IMG/VR virus record: IMGVR_UViG_3300031994_000046
Coordinates: 1 to 64,000 of that record
Direction: 5' to 3' (one strand)
Length of the DNA stretch: 64,000 bases
DNA from: a virus
Lineage: Duplodnaviria > Caudoviricetes
Shown here: piece by piece, positions 19,893 through 27,835 of the stretch
Numbering within the stretch: the stretch's first letter is position 1
Layout of the letters: each line of letters opens with the position of its first letter
The notes under the pieces: model-generated
The model's input: the letters and a program-made list of their open reading frames with translations, nothing else
What the model was told of the DNA's origin: nothing
Databases searched by the model: none
Position numbers and translations under genes: made by a program

Positions 19893-20924
19893 TTATACTA
19901 AGTCTGAATCATCACCTCTTGAAGAATCATCTTCATCTTCTTCAGGTTTGTCCTTATTTTTATCATTATCTTTATCTTTATCATCTGAATCTTTATCATC
20001 CTCCTTGTCTTTATCATCTTCATCTTCTTTACGTTCTTTACGTTCACCATCTAATTTGAAGATAGAAGGATCATCTGTTTCTTTTGCTTCTAACATATCA
20101 AGAACAGATTCAATAAGTTTCTTCACTTCATCAGGTAATTGTACAATAGAATCTTTTGCAAAATCTTGTACCCAGATTCCTTCATCACCCTTTCCAAAGA
20201 TATGCATGATTGATCTTACATTTTCAGTAGTCTCACCACCAGGAAGAGTTTTTGTAAATTTCCAACGTAATGCTATAGCTTCTTTACCACTCTTAAACTT
20301 AATAGCAGCAAAATAATATTCACGAGGAAGACTTACTTGTTTAGCTACTAATAATTCTAATTCTTTAGCAGCTTTAACTTTATCATTAGACTCAATAAGT
20401 TCTAAAACTTTCTTTAATGTTATATCCTGCACTTCCTCTTCTTCATCTTCCTTAATGATTGAAGTCATTTCAAATTCATCAAGTAAAGATTCTTGAGCTT
20501 CTTGTGGAAATGCTGCAGCGTACATCTTAGCAGGATCTTGAGCTTGTTTCATATCATCTGGTGAAAAATAAACAATAAGATATCCACCAATATTGATTTT
20601 AGTTACTTTTGGAAGACCTTGTGCAATTATATATGAATATAAATTAGACTGTTGATAATTAACGTCATTATATAAACATGTATATAATAATTCATTAGTC
20701 TTCATATCGTTGATGAATCTTGAACTAGTCAACTTAATTGAACAACCATCTTCACCTTCATCAGCAACAATACCAAGATGAACACAATATAGATTTCTAA
20801 TATTTGTCAATATATTCTGAATTGGAGTATAATGATTAGTTACACCAGTCTTAACTAATGCATTGCCTGGTTGTTGATTAGATGTAGCACAAGCCTCATT
20901 TATTACATTACTAAATCTTTTCAT
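19893..20924 (-). CDS. Putative head/core protein with tag-like N-terminus and acidic tail
   Basis: MKRFSNVINE|A; internal SIIKE|D; C-terminal D/E/K low-complexity tail; TTATTTTTA upstream. Confidence 0.65.
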   Translation of the reverse strand: MKRFSNVINEACATSNQQPGNALVKTGVTNHYTPIQNILTNIRNLYCVHLGIVADEGEDGCSIKLTSSRFINDMKTNELLYTCLYNDVNYQQSNLYSYIIAQGLPKVTKINIGGYLIVYFSPDDMKQAQDPAKMYAAAFPQEAQESLLDEFEMTSIIKEDEEEEVQDITLKKVLELIESNDKVKAAKELELLVAKQVSLPREYYFAAIKFKSGKEAIALRWKFTKTLPGGETTENVRSIMHIFGKGDEGIWVQDFAKDSIVQLPDEVKKLIESVLDMLEAKETDDPSIFKLDGERKERKEDEDDKDKEDDKDSDDKDKDNDKNKDKPEEDEDDSSRGDDSDLV

Positions 20925-21003
20925 TATATTGTTATGTAAATTAATTTATCTTTATATTTTAAAAATAAAACTTTATTTAATCTTAATCTTATTTTCATAA
21001 TAT

Positions 21004-21669
21004 TTAAAATTGTCTCCAGAAATGCCATATCTGTTGTAATGTTGCTTTACTAAACTTACCTTCTGTATAGAATGCAGTTGGTAATAATCTTGCTGGTATA
21101 TTATAAGTAATACCACGTAAAACAGGAATGTACATTTTAGTTCCAAACGCTATCTTTTGATTTGTCTTTAATAAATGTTTTAATAATGAGTATGACATAA
21201 TAGTATTTGGTTTTGAACTTGCTTCGTTAAAATACTTTTCAAAATATGGTCTAAAATGTGTAAATACCAATTCTAGTATTCTTGCACGTGTATATGGGGG
21301 ATAATAATGTAGATTAAGCATACACTCACGAATATTACCATCATCTGTTCTTATAATTCCAAAACTTATACAGAATGGATAGTTATCATAATATTCTAGT
21401 TCTTCTTTAAATTTTGGTTGAGCATAATTAAATAAGACAACTTGACCTGGTAAGATATATTTCTTATCAGGTTTAAGATTTCTTAATATTTCTTTATATG
21501 CCAATTTAGAACGTATAGCAGTTGGCTTACGTGCTAATGGGTGATTATTGATAGACTCATTAAGTCTAAAAGATTTAATTTCTTCTTCAGTATAAATCTT
21601 TTTACTTAATTCTTTTAAATTAAATATGTGACCTAATGTAGTCTGTTCAGGTTTTTGTATAATTGGCAT
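21004..21669 (-). CDS. gp2: DNA end protector protein, T4 gp2-like
   Basis: PGQVVLFNY.PKFKEELEYYDNYP, LNLHYYPPYTR, KMYI pattern of the gp2 family. Confidence 0.85.
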   Translation of the reverse strand: MPIIQKPEQTTLGHIFNLKELSKKIYTEEEIKSFRLNESINNHPLARKPTAIRSKLAYKEILRNLKPDKKYILPGQVVLFNYAQPKFKEELEYYDNYPFCISFGIIRTDDGNIRECMLNLHYYPPYTRARILELVFTHFRPYFEKYFNEASSKPNTIMSYSLLKHLLKTNQKIAFGTKMYIPVLRGITYNIPARLLPTAFYTEGKFSKATLQQIWHFWRQF

Positions 21670-21688
21670 ATATTCTTACTTATATAAG

Positions 21689-22027
21689 TTATTGTATTTT
21701 TTCGTATATATTGTTTAAATCATAATCAAGATCATTTTCTCCTATTAAATAAATTATCTTTTTAATAAGTTCTAAATCATCTGCAATTATGTTTCTATTA
21801 ATCTTAGGATATGTTTGCTTATCTTCAAGGCAATCATATAAATCACTTAATTGCTTAAGTTCGTCTTCAGATAATTCTTTTTTGACTGTTTCAAAATTTT
21901 TAATGTCATCAATATCTCCCAAGTCACCTATTATATATCCTATGCATTCTACTAATGAATTTCTTTCATCATCAGTTAATGTAAAATACTTTGATTTTTC
22001 AAAAATAAAACTACTTATATTTTTCAT
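21689..22027 (-). CDS. Putative internal head protein
   Basis: MKNISSFIFE|K. Confidence 0.7.
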   Translation of the reverse strand: MKNISSFIFEKSKYFTLTDDERNSLVECIGYIIGDLGDIDDIKNFETVKKELSEDELKQLSDLYDCLEDKQTYPKINRNIIADDLELIKKIIYLIGENDLDYDLNNIYEKIQ

Positions 22028-22058
22028 ACTTCTATTTCATTAAATGTTTCATATTAAA

Positions 22059-22511
22059 TTATTTTTTTACTAATCTGTCATTATTTATTTTTAATTCAGA
22101 TCCTTTTACAAATTCAATATTGACAATATCAATTGAATTTTCTGCAGTATATTCAACTAATATAAATAAGATATCATTAATATTCTTTACTTGACTAGCA
22201 GTTAGTTTTGTATTAGAATATTTTTTACCTTTTTGAAATGATTTAACTTCAATTTTAGTATTATCATATAAGAAATCATAATATGTTTCTTCAGCAGCTT
22301 TAAACTTATTTGCAGAATCAGAATCTAAGTTTTGTATTTTTTCTTTAATCCATTCTTCTATTATATATCCTGCACATTTTGTTAAAAGTTTACCTTTTAT
22401 TTCAGTTGTTGTAATTGATTGTGTTTCAGATAAATCTTTTAATGCCGATTGTATCATATTAATATCATTATTATTTAATGATTCTTTATATAATTGAGTA
22501 ATAGTTTTCAT
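22059..22511 (-). CDS. Tagged PD-(D/E)xK-like protein (putative packaged nuclease)
   Basis: MKTITQLYKE|S; AGYIIE..YYDF..KIEVKSF. Confidence 0.65.
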   Translation of the reverse strand: MKTITQLYKESLNNNDINMIQSALKDLSETQSITTTEIKGKLLTKCAGYIIEEWIKEKIQNLDSDSANKFKAAEETYYDFLYDNTKIEVKSFQKGKKYSNTKLTASQVKNINDILFILVEYTAENSIDIVNIEFVKGSELKINNDRLVKK

Positions 22512-22551
22512 ACTTAATTTTAATTATTTTTATTTTAAATTCTTTACTATT

Positions 22552-22851
22552 TTATACTTCTATTTCATTGAAATTTTTAATCTTAAATTTTCCTGATACA
22601 TGATCATCTGCATAAAGAGTCACTTCATATTTAGTATCTATATATTCACCAATAAATACTAATTTATCATCTTCTGACTGCTCTTCATCAAAATCAAATC
22701 CTGCTTTATACATTGTATCTTTAATATCATCAATAGCTACCATTTTAAAACCATTTTTGATATTACCAAATTCTTTAAGAGCTAACCCAATTTCTTCATG
22801 AAGATCTTCAGATTGAGTTGATTCTAATATAAAATCTTTTATATCTTTCAT
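22552..22851 (-). CDS. Putative internal head protein
   Basis: MKDIKDFILE|S; acidic. Confidence 0.7.
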   Translation of the reverse strand: MKDIKDFILESTQSEDLHEEIGLALKEFGNIKNGFKMVAIDDIKDTMYKAGFDFDEEQSEDDKLVFIGEYIDTKYEVTLYADDHVSGKFKIKNFNEIEV

Positions 22852-22852
22852 A

Positions 22853-23095
22853 TTAATAAATTTCTTTATTTAAATCTTTTAATGTTTTTTCTATAAAATC
22901 CATACATCTTTTTTGAAATTTTGGATCTTTATTAGGATATTTTTCCATGCCTTCTTTAACTCCTTCAATAAAATGAGTAAGAACATTTCCACAAAATTCA
23001 GAACCCCATTCACTTATCCAAGTTCTCCCATAATTTTTAATACTATCAGAAGATGTACGAGATTCCTTTATTAAAGTATCTTTTAAGTCTTTCAT
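22853..23095 (-). CDS. Putative internal head protein
   Basis: MKDLKDTLIKE|S. Confidence 0.7.
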   Translation of the reverse strand: MKDLKDTLIKESRTSSDSIKNYGRTWISEWGSEFCGNVLTHFIEGVKEGMEKYPNKDPKFQKRCMDFIEKTLKDLNKEIY

Positions 23096-23103
23096 AATTA
23101 TAA

Positions 23104-23379
23104 TTATACATTATCTTTATATTCACTAAAATCAAGAAGTTTTTTCTTCTCGCAATAATCTCCAATAAGTTCAACGATATCTTGTAAATATCCTGCATCC
23201 TTATCTTTGTCACCTCTACAAATATCGGCTCCAGTCACTTCATTTATTATGTCCATAATAAATCTTAAAAATTCAGAAACATCTTTTGCTTCTTTATCTG
23301 CATAATCAAATACAGCATCCCAAGCTTTATTTTCTAAATTTCCACTTTCATTTATTAATCTTTCTTTAAGATCTTTCAT
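23104..23379 (-). CDS. Putative internal head protein (start corrected to 23379)
   Basis: MKDLKERLINE|S. Confidence 0.7.
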   Translation of the reverse strand: MKDLKERLINESGNLENKAWDAVFDYADKEAKDVSEFLRFIMDIINEVTGADICRGDKDKDAGYLQDIVELIGDYCEKKKLLDFSEYKDNV

Positions 23380-23381
23380 AT

Positions 23382-23690
23382 TTACCAAATTCTTATAATT
23401 GTTGAATTATCAATTTCAGTTGTATCACCAACCTTTAAATTATCAAGTTCTGAATAGAAACCTTCTTCAACACCAACAAAATCTTCGTATTCTTTTGAAG
23501 AATTTAATGCTTGAATACCAAAGAAATCATCTGATGAATTTATATAAATAAATCCTTTTTTAAATTTCTTTTGACCATCTTGAATATTGAATGTATGATA
23601 TTCTCCTCCCTTTCCAACTTCATTTTGAATTTCAGAAAAAAGGCGACAATATTTACCTTCGTTTATTAATGTATCTTTTAAGTTTTTCAT
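23382..23690 (-). CDS. Putative internal head protein
   Basis: MKNLKDTLINE|G. Confidence 0.7.
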   Translation of the reverse strand: MKNLKDTLINEGKYCRLFSEIQNEVGKGGEYHTFNIQDGQKKFKKGFIYINSSDDFFGIQALNSSKEYEDFVGVEEGFYSELDNLKVGDTTEIDNSTIIRIW

Positions 23691-23695
23691 AATAT

Positions 23696-23962
23696 TTATT
23701 CTTTATTTTCTTCTTTTTTGAAAAGAACTATCTTGGCTTCATCATCATCGTGGCCACCCATAGTTTCAATTATATTCAATAAGCTAACAACCAAATCAAA
23801 TTCATTTTCTTTTGCTTCTAAATCAAATTTCATTGCTTTGGCACCAGCACGAATAATATCTGATAATCTATCTAATTCTTCTTCAGTACAAATCATTGTT
23901 GATTTCTGACCATAAGAAGCTTTATTACGAACTTCATTAATTGTATCTACTATATCTTTCAT
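23696..23962 (-). CDS. Putative internal head protein
   Basis: MKDIVDTINE|V. Confidence 0.7.
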   Translation of the reverse strand: MKDIVDTINEVRNKASYGQKSTMICTEEELDRLSDIIRAGAKAMKFDLEAKENEFDLVVSLLNIIETMGGHDDDEAKIVLFKKEENKE

Positions 23963-23975
23963 AATTATTTTTTAT

Positions 23976-24188
23976 TTATATATTTTGTTTTTTAATTCCT
24001 ATATGCCAATATCCACAGACTTTACAAACATATGATGTGTATTTATACATTTTATATGTTTTAATCCATTCATCTGCTTCTTCTTGTGAATTGAATTTTT
24101 TCTTAGGTTTCCATTCACCATTTTTTCTGGTGTAATGTTCTCTTTTAATTGTATGCTTGTTGCAATCAGATCTTGGTTTTGTAATCAA
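23976..24188 (-). CDS. Small basic Zn-ribbon-like protein
   Basis: KKKFNSQEEA...YVCKVCGYWHIG. Confidence 0.65.
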   Translation of the reverse strand: MITKPRSDCNKHTIKREHYTRKNGEWKPKKKFNSQEEADEWIKTYKMYKYTSYVCKVCGYWHIGIKKQNI

Positions 24189-24248
24189 AATTTATTAAAA
24201 ATATATTTGGTATTCATTTATTTAACCTCTATATATTCTTATTTTAAT

Positions 24249-24674
24249 TTAATATCCTATACAACAAGACATATCGTACATATCAAATGGATCTTGTACT
24301 GTTCCTGCAGCATGACAATTAAGTGTTCCAACCATAAATGGATCTTCTGCTCCCTTTACATAGATTTCAACTTTGTATTGTTTCCATTGTGACATACCAT
24401 CTTTTGATTTATGATATCCGCCATTATCAGGAGAAATAGATACTTCATATTCATGTGGCGCATTTTTTATTGTCTTAAATGCATCTTCAATATCTTTTTT
24501 AACTAAACCAACGCCTTCCCAAGCATCATCATGATAAAATTTACCTGTTGTACCTGTCTTTTCGAGTTGTTTGTATATTGCATTTTGAACTTTTTTCTTT
24601 TCAGGAGCTTTAATTGTTTTATCTAATACACCATCTGAATATGATTCATTGAGTATATCCTTTAAATCTTTCAT
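24249..24674 (-). CDS. Putative internal head protein
   Basis: MKDLKDILNE|S. Confidence 0.7.
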   Translation of the reverse strand: MKDLKDILNESYSDGVLDKTIKAPEKKKVQNAIYKQLEKTGTTGKFYHDDAWEGVGLVKKDIEDAFKTIKNAPHEYEVSISPDNGGYHKSKDGMSQWKQYKVEIYVKGAEDPFMVGTLNCHAAGTVQDPFDMYDMSCCIGY

Positions 24675-24692
24675 ATATTTTATTAAATGATT

Positions 24693-25148
24693 TTATAATT
24701 TACTGATTATTTTATTTGCTACTATTAATGGATTCAAATCTTGTATTAATTCAATTTTATATTTATCACAAGTTAATTTTACATTATGCCATCTATAAAA
24801 ATTAGGAGTACAGAATACTACTATCTTTTTAGATTTAGCATATAATCCTAATTCAAGTAAACTTATAGGAGATTTTGATTCATCCAATAAAACCATAGCA
24901 ATCATATCGGCTTTATCTAAATGATCCTGTTCCCATTTGATTTGATTAACTAAATCATCTATTGGAGAATTAGGATTCCAATGTTCTCTACGAGGATTAT
25001 AGATATCACAATCAAATCCAAGATTAATCAATTCAATAATTGTTTTATCTTGCCAGTTTAATGAATCTCCATTATCAATTGTGCCAGCCAAAAACACTGA
25101 CTTATTTTTTGATTCTTGATTTTTTGTTTCAGGAGTTATGATTACCAT
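24693..25148 (-). CDS. Nucleoside 2-deoxyribosyltransferase-like protein
   Basis: VFLAGTID..NWQ, YNPRR, QIKWEQDHLDKAD, SPISLLELGL. Confidence 0.85.
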   Translation of the reverse strand: MVIITPETKNQESKNKSVFLAGTIDNGDSLNWQDKTIIELINLGFDCDIYNPRREHWNPNSPIDDLVNQIKWEQDHLDKADMIAMVLLDESKSPISLLELGLYAKSKKIVVFCTPNFYRWHNVKLTCDKYKIELIQDLNPLIVANKIISKL

Positions 25149-25477
25149 TTAATTCCTTTAATCATCATTATATTTATAAGTTCCATTTCAATAGCATCAA
25201 CGATCATTATAAGTTCATCATTTTCTTTTTCATTTTCATAAAGATCTTCAAGAAGTTTTTTAGCAGCCTTACGCATATCAATTATATTATTTAAAACATC
25301 TTGCATTGAACCTTCATTATTCTTCCATTTGAAATATGAATCGAATGGTTTAAGTTTATCGTTCTTTTTCCATTCGTCAATCATCTTCTTTTTGAATTCA
25401 TCTTGTTTCTTAAAGATATCATCAACTTCATTTTCATTAATGCATGATTCTTTAATATGATCAATTAATTGTTTCAT
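25142..25477 (-). CDS. Putative internal head protein
   Basis: MKQLIDHIKE|SCINE|N. Confidence 0.7.
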   Translation of the reverse strand: MKQLIDHIKESCINENEVDDIFKKQDEFKKKMIDEWKKNDKLKPFDSYFKWKNNEGSMQDVLNNIIDMRKAAKKLLEDLYENEKENDELIMIVDAIEMELINIMMIKGIKW

Positions 25478-25516
25478 ATATTATAATATAGTTTAATTTT
25501 AATCATTTAACTTTGT

Positions 25517-26455
25517 TTATAGTTTATATTTTCTTGGCCACCAACTTCTTTTTGAAGTCATTTTAGTACCCATGAACATATTATTTTTTGATCTAACTTT
25601 AGGTATAAACCATGAAGAAAGATTCTGATATATTTGTTTATTGTTTTTAAATATATTATCTATTGCTCCAACATTTTCTACATTCCACTTTGATATATCT
25701 TGGTTAAAAATAGAATCTTCAAACATCCCTTCCATATTAACTACATCTTTTGTAATCCAATTCGATATATCTTCATTAAACTTTTTTGTATGAGCAAACA
25801 TGTTTCCCATGCCATGAGCAGATGCAGTATTCCATTTTTTCAAACCATCACCTGTAAAGTTTTCACAATAACTAAACATACTTCCAAAATGCTTTACTTT
25901 ACTTACATCCCAATTTGATAGATCACAGTTAAAATCTTTACAATATGAAAACATACCTTGCATATCTGTTACTTTACTTACATCCCATTTAGAAAGATCA
26001 TCATTAAAATGAATGCATTTTTGGAACATATAACGCATATTAACAATATTACTTACATCCCAGTTTGCGATTCCATTTCCACCTCTATATTCAGATTCAC
26101 TAAACATTAATCCTGCATTTTCTAGGCTATCTAATTTCCAACTTGAAAAATCAGTATTTTCACCAGTAAATTTAGACTTATAAAACATATGTGATACGTT
26201 TTTTACACTACTAACATCCCAATTAGATATGTTTCCATTAAAATCAGATTCTCTAAATATAAATGACATATCAGTAATATTTGAAGTATCTATATTATTA
26301 AGATTAGCATTATTACCATTCTTTTTTATTTCCTGTTCAATGATTTCTTTTAATTCTTCTTTATCTTGTGGATGATATTTTGATTTACTATTATCAACTT
26401 TTATATTCTTGTTGATAATTAGTTTTTCAAACACAATATCTTTAAGATTTTTCAT
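25517..26455 (-). CDS. BspA/DUF285-type leucine-rich repeat protein with capsid-targeting-type N-terminus
   Basis: About nine ~23-26 aa repeats of (S/N)WDVSxVxxMxxMF; starts MKNLKDIVFE|K; no signal peptide. Confidence 0.85.
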   Translation of the reverse strand: MKNLKDIVFEKLIINKNIKVDNSKSKYHPQDKEELKEIIEQEIKKNGNNANLNNIDTSNITDMSFIFRESDFNGNISNWDVSSVKNVSHMFYKSKFTGENTDFSSWKLDSLENAGLMFSESEYRGGNGIANWDVSNIVNMRYMFQKCIHFNDDLSKWDVSKVTDMQGMFSYCKDFNCDLSNWDVSKVKHFGSMFSYCENFTGDGLKKWNTASAHGMGNMFAHTKKFNEDISNWITKDVVNMEGMFEDSIFNQDISKWNVENVGAIDNIFKNNKQIYQNLSSWFIPKVRSKNNMFMGTKMTSKRSWWPRKYKL

Positions 26456-26463
26456 ATTATATA

Positions 26464-26928
26464 TTATTCAAAAAATTTTTCTGTAACAATTATGAATTTT
26501 GCATTATTCTTATGAGCAAAATCATTAGCTGCTTTCCATTTGTCACAATTCTTAATCCAAGATTCTTTAAGCCATCTTGAATCTGTTGCTCCTGGTTTAA
26601 CAGTCTGACAATATGGTTTGATCTCAACTATTATCTTATTATTATCATTTGTTTCAAGAACATAATCAGGATAATAGTCATGTTCCTTTTCATCTAATCT
26701 ACAAGTATACCTTATAGCAATAGGTTCAGAAGCCCATTTTTTAATCTTAGGATTGTTTTCGCAAAACTGTATGAATTGCAATTCTAATCCAGAACGATAG
26801 ATAATAGGTTCTCCCTTTACTGATTGGAATAATTTTTTCGTATATTGAACTGGTACGTACCCTTGGTGGTATCTACTGTTCTTTTTAGGTTTATTGTTCT
26901 TAATCTTATTTTCGTATATCTTGCTCAT
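26464..26928 (-). CDS. gp4: Head completion nuclease, T4 gp4-like (TnsA-type)
   Basis: YHQG, IIYRSGLE, NPKIKKWASE, YYPDY, VEIKP..QT, KWKAA..FA..FIIVTE; ATG at 26928. Confidence 0.9.
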   Translation of the reverse strand: MSKIYENKIKNNKPKKNSRYHQGYVPVQYTKKLFQSVKGEPIIYRSGLELQFIQFCENNPKIKKWASEPIAIRYTCRLDEKEHDYYPDYVLETNDNNKIIVEIKPYCQTVKPGATDSRWLKESWIKNCDKWKAANDFAHKNNAKFIIVTEKFFE

Positions 26929-27009
26929 AAATAAATACACTACTATAATTTAATAAAAATATAATTTTTTCTATATTAATTTACAGATATTTTTATTTTT
27001 ATAAAAAAT

Positions 27010-27145
27010 TACTACCAAGTGCGGTGGTATAGCAACTAGATTTTCAAGAGTCAAATGAAGTGACATTTGCACAGAAAGTTGTGTAAAGTTTTGGCTAAGT
27101 CGAGTTATATAAAGGTGACAGATTTATATGATAAGGCGATAAACT
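27010..27145 (+). ncRNA. Candidate structured RNA / 5' leader of the lysin operon
   Basis: GC-enriched run of hairpins: tacca/tggta; gtca/tgac or caaatg/catttg; ttgcaca/tgtgtaa; gttatataaa/tttatatgat closed by gtcg/cgat. Confidence 0.4.
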
Positions 27146-27165
27146 TAAAATGTAAAACAATAATT

Positions 27166-27813
27166 ATGGAACAAACTAACAACAAGAGATTCAAGAGAAT
27201 CAAAAACTTATTTAATTTAAAGAACTTAATTGTTCTTATGGCAGTACTAATGTTATTTTGGAGTACATCAACTATTAATTCAAATGAACGCATTCATAAA
27301 ATACCTGAAGTTGAAAACATAATAAATATAAATACAGATATTAAATCGAATGATGTTCTTAAGGATAGTTTGAAAAATGAAATGATTAATGAAGTTTCAA
27401 AGTATATAAAAACTAAAACTTCTAAATCACATGAATTCATTCCAGCTTACTTAGTACATGCAGGTCTATCTAATGATATAGATATATGCTTCATAATGGC
27501 ACAAACACAAATTGAAACATGTTACGGTACTTTAGGTGCAGGACGTGAAAATTCAAGAAGATCAATGTTTGGTGTAGTTCAAAAAAAATATCAAACATAT
27601 GAAGCTGCCATTGATCATTACTGCGAAATGTTGAAAAAATATTATTTAGTTAAAGGTAAAACCGAACAACATCTTTTGACTAAATATGTTACTGCAAAAG
27701 GTGGAAGATATGCAAAAAATCCTAGATACGAAGCAGAATTAAGAGGTGCATATAATTCTATAAAAAGATCTACAAAAATTTATTCTTTACAACAAGAATA
27801 CAACAGATTATAA
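27166..27813 (+). CDS. GH73 glucosaminidase-like endolysin with N-terminal membrane anchor
   Basis: FIMAQTQIETCYG (catalytic Glu), SMFGV, RYAKNPRY (YATDPxY-like); LIVLMAVLMLFW helix; ATG at 27166. Confidence 0.8.
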   Translation: MEQTNNKRFKRIKNLFNLKNLIVLMAVLMLFWSTSTINSNERIHKIPEVENIININTDIKSNDVLKDSLKNEMINEVSKYIKTKTSKSHEFIPAYLVHAGLSNDIDICFIMAQTQIETCYGTLGAGRENSRRSMFGVVQKKYQTYEAAIDHYCEMLKKYYLVKGKTEQHLLTKYVTAKGGRYAKNPRYEAELRGAYNSIKRSTKIYSLQQEYNRL

Positions 27814-27835
27814 AAATATATGTAAGCGATAATTG

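Noticed and set aside
26464-26940. TnsA / Tn7 transposon
   Set aside because: The motif set and context (gp2, head genes) fit T4 gp4; no tnsB/tnsC or transposon ends.
27010-27145. tRNA or known c-di-GMP / c-di-AMP riboswitch
   Set aside because: No T-loop GTTC, cloverleaf or CCA end, and the GEMM and ydaO consensus nucleotides are not matched.
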